64,000 bases of DNA from Phycisphaerae bacterium (GTDB lineage: Bacteria; Planctomycetota; Phycisphaerae; FEN-1346): the NCBI GenBank assembly GCA_046483505.1, contig JAWODB010000350.1, positions 218 through 64,217 on the forward strand, given 5' to 3'. A program made the position numbers and the translations under genes. Positions 61,623-64,000 of this stretch are shown in pieces (the stretch's first letter is position 1; each line of letters begins with the position of its first letter). The notes beneath the pieces were generated by a model. That model was not told the origin of the DNA, searched no databases, and saw only the letters and a program-made list of their open reading frames with translations.

Positions 61623-62828
61623 ATGGCCACCGTACCCGACGCCAGCGGCCGTTTCGGCACCTACGGGGGACGCTACGTCCCCGAGACGCTGATGGCCGCC
61701 CTCGAACAACTCGCCGAGGCCTACGCCGAGGCCCGCCAGGACGACGACTTCCAGCAGCAACTGGCCTACCTCCTGGAGCATTACGTGGGGCGGCCCACGC
61801 CGCTCTACTTCGCCCGCCGCCTGACGGAGGCCTGGGGCGGGGCACGCATCTACCTGAAACGCGAGGACCTCACCCACACCGGCGCCCACAAGATCAACAA
61901 CACGGTCGGCCAGGCCCTGCTGACCGACCGCATGGGCAAGACCCGCATGATCGCCGAAACCGGCGCGGGCCAGCACGGCGTGGCCACGGCCACCGGGGCG
62001 GCCTTCCTCGGCCTGGAGTGCGACATTTACATGGGCACCGAGGACATGCGCCGCCAGCGCCTCAACGTCTTCCGCATGCGGGCCCTCGGGGCACGCGTCG
62101 TGCCCGTCGAGACGGGCCAGTGCACCCTGAAGGACGCCATCAACGAGGCGATGCGCGACTGGATGGCCACCGTCGAGACCACGCACTACTGCTTCGGCAC
62201 GACCGCCGGGCCGCACCCGTTCCCCGTCATGGTCCGCGACTTCCAGTCGGTCGTCGGCCGGGAGATCCGGCGCCAGTGTCGCAAGCAGGAAGGGTGCCTG
62301 CCGTCGGCCGTGGTGGCGTGCGTGGGTGGCGGGTCGAACGCCGCCGGCGCCTTCTTCACGTTCATCGACGAGGAGGAGGTGGACCTGGTGGGCGTGGAGG
62401 CCGGCGGCCGGGGACTCGACTCCGGCGAGCACGCTGCCCCCCTCTGCGCCGGGCGGCCGGGCGTCCTGCACGGGTCGCTCTCCTACGTTCTCCAGGACGA
62501 GGCCGGCCAGACGCAGCCCGTCCACTCCGTCAGCGCGGGGCTCGATTACCCCGGCGTCGGGCCGGAGCACTCGTACTGGAAGGACCTGGGCCGCGTCCGC
62601 TACGCCGCCGCCACCGACGAGGAGGCGCTGGAGGCGTTCGTGGAACTCTCGCGGCTGGAGGGCATCGTGCCGGCCCTGGAGTCGGCCCACGCCCTGGTCG
62701 AGGCGAAGAAGATGGCCCCGAAGCGGGACCGGCGCGACGTCATCGTCGTGAACCTCTCCGGCCGGGGCGACAAGGACGTGGAAGAGGCCGCCCGCCTCCT
62801 CGGCGACCACCTCGGCGGCGCCGAGTAG
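61623..62828 (+). CDS. trpB: Tryptophan synthase beta chain
   Basis: 401 aa with [29 protein letters not shown] (PLP lysine), GAGQHG and GGGSNAAG. Confidence 0.95.
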   Translation: MATVPDASGRFGTYGGRYVPETLMAALEQLAEAYAEARQDDDFQQQLAYLLEHYVGRPTPLYFARRLTEAWGGARIYLKREDLTHTGAHKINNTVGQALLTDRMGKTRMIAETGAGQHGVATATGAAFLGLECDIYMGTEDMRRQRLNVFRMRALGARVVPVETGQCTLKDAINEAMRDWMATVETTHYCFGTTAGPHPFPVMVRDFQSVVGREIRRQCRKQEGCLPSAVVACVGGGSNAAGAFFTFIDEEEVDLVGVEAGGRGLDSGEHAAPLCAGRPGVLHGSLSYVLQDEAGQTQPVHSVSAGLDYPGVGPEHSYWKDLGRVRYAAATDEEALEAFVELSRLEGIVPALESAHALVEAKKMAPKRDRRDVIVVNLSGRGDKDVEEAARLLGDHLGGAE

Positions 62829-62848
62829 ACGCCGCGCCGATCACGCAG

Positions 62849-62919
62849 GTGCCACGGTTTGCTTGTCAAACCGTGTTCTTCGAGCGGGCGGGCACGGATT
62901 GACAAGCAATCCGTGGCAC
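62849..62919. repeat. Head-to-head hairpin pair between trpB and trpA
   Basis: The first hairpin is GTGCCACGGTTTGCTTGTCAAACCGTG. The reverse complement of the second is GTGCCACGGATTGCTTGTCAATCCGTG. The two copies differ by a compensatory T/A to A/T swap in the stem. Confidence 0.8.
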
Positions 62920-63031
62920 CCGGCGCCGCGCGGTAGGCCAAGGAGGTTCCCCGGAGGCTACACACCGCCACGAAGGGTTGTGTTCGCCGGCGGGCTTGCC
63001 CGCCGCGTTTCTGCAAGGAAGGAAGCACCCT

Positions 63032-63841
63032 GTGAACCGCGTCACCGCCGCCTTCGAGCGCCTCCGCAGCGAGAAGCGCGCCGCCTTCATGCCGTTCATC
63101 TCGGCCGGCGACCCCAGTTTGGAGGCGACCGAGGCCATCCTGCCCGCCCTTCAGGACCGCGGCGCGGCCGACCTCGTGGAACTCGGCGTGCCGTTCTCCG
63201 ACCCCATCGCCGACGGGCCCACCATCCAGGCGAGTTACCAGCGGGCCCTCGGCCGCGGCGTCACGCCGCAGGCCATCCTCGACATGCTTCACCACCTGCG
63301 CGACGCCGGCCTGGACCTGCCCGTCTGTCTCATGGTCTCGTACTCGCTCGTCTACCGGCCGGGGATGGAGACGTTCATCGAGCGGGCCGCCGAGGCGGGC
63401 GTGGACGGCCTCATCGTGCCGGACCTCCCCGCCGACGAGGCCGGGCCGCTGGAGGAGGCCCTTCGCGCCCGGGACCTCGTATACGTTCCCCTCGTGGCCC
63501 CGACGACGCCGCCCGCGCGCCGCGAGACGGTCATCGCCCACGCCACGGGCTTCATCTACTGCGTCGCCGTGACGGGCATCACCGGCGAGCGCGATTCGCT
63601 GCCGGAGCATCTGGACGAGTACGTGCGCGGCATCCGGGAGGAGGCGAGCGTGCCCGTGTGCGTCGGGTTCGGCCTGTCGCGCCCCGAGCACGTCAAGGCG
63701 GTGGCCGAGGTGGCCGACGGGGCCATCGTCGGCAGCGCCATCATTCACCGCATCGCCGACCACGCCGCCGACGCGCCGGCCGATATCGCGACGGCCGTGG
63801 CCGACGTCTGCGCCGAACTCTCCGCCCCCCTGCGCGGGTGA
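63032..63841 (+). CDS. trpA: Tryptophan synthase alpha chain
   Basis: ORF 62978..63841. The likely start is the GTG at 63032 after AAGGAAGGAAG. Motifs: AFMPFISAGDP, ELGVPFSDPIADGPTIQ, GFGLS. Confidence 0.9.
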   Translation: MNRVTAAFERLRSEKRAAFMPFISAGDPSLEATEAILPALQDRGAADLVELGVPFSDPIADGPTIQASYQRALGRGVTPQAILDMLHHLRDAGLDLPVCLMVSYSLVYRPGMETFIERAAEAGVDGLIVPDLPADEAGPLEEALRARDLVYVPLVAPTTPPARRETVIAHATGFIYCVAVTGITGERDSLPEHLDEYVRGIREEASVPVCVGFGLSRPEHVKAVAEVADGAIVGSAIIHRIADHAADAPADIATAVADVCAELSAPLRG

Positions 63842-63929
63842 CCAGGGCAACGACGAAGGCTGCCCTGGCGTGAGGATTGCCGTTGCCGTTCCTGTTCCGC
63901 GTCTTGGCGCGAAACCGTTGACGGATGGC

Positions 63930-64000
63930 CTATCCCTGCAACTCCTCCAACCGCTGCTTCAGCCGCTGGGTCTGCTGGCGGATGAACTCCAGTTCCCACC
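63930..64000 (-). CDS. 3' end of an unidentified minus-strand CDS (runs off window)
   Basis: My translation of the reverse strand is ..WELEFIRQQTQRLKQRLEELQG, ending at stop 63930-63932. The fragment looks like a coiled coil but is too short to assign. Confidence 0.2.
   Translation of the reverse strand, partial: WELEFIRQQTQRLKQRLEELQG

Overview
Visibly GC-rich bacterial chromosomal segment with about 61 supportable CDS and no rRNA, tRNA or CRISPR array. The protein repertoire suggests a Planctomycetota/PVC-like organism (inference only): prepilin-like proteins with long leaders, a PEP-CTERM/dockerin protein, HEAT-repeat lipoproteins, DUF1593 and a four-subunit 2-oxoacid:ferredoxin oxidoreductase. 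Positions 1-21,000 are a minus-strand housekeeping block: cdaR-cdaA-folP-ftsH, LptE/BamD-like lipoproteins, recO, the phoH-pgpH-ybeY-CNNM operon, cdsA-uppS, purA, hisI and recG. Positions 21,000-46,000 are mixed: DUF1593 protein, UspA, HEAT lipoprotein, a B12-radical-SAM/tatC/nth operon, two orphan PilZ genes, ackA, a pseudopilin-cupin pair, a PEP-CTERM protein, a Znu-like ABC transporter, porGDA-[MNT-HEPN]-porB and birA. Positions 46,500-60,157 are the most interesting locus. It is a type IV pilus / T2SS-like assembly cluster (pilin, GspH-like pseudopilin, PilMNO, PilP-like protein, secretin, TPR lipoprotein) followed co-directionally by a signalling cassette. The cassette comprises a histidine kinase, a CheY-like receiver, a GAF/HD-GYP phosphodiesterase, a STAS protein and a PilB/GspE homologue. 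In that homologue every ATPase catalytic motif is degenerate, while the T2SSE_N/MshEN-like N-domain and the tetracysteine motif are kept. No active ATPase, PilC platform or prepilin peptidase is in the cluster. The second notable aspect is dense colonisation by several families of palindromic REP/BIME-like and MITE-like elements. At least 17 copies of one 28-nt hairpin are present, some inside operons (por, trpBA, the ABC transporter). The copies show compensatory stem changes, and they seed many spurious ORFs in the six-frame track. The window ends with rplU (no rpmA downstream), trpB, trpA and a short partial minus-strand ORF.
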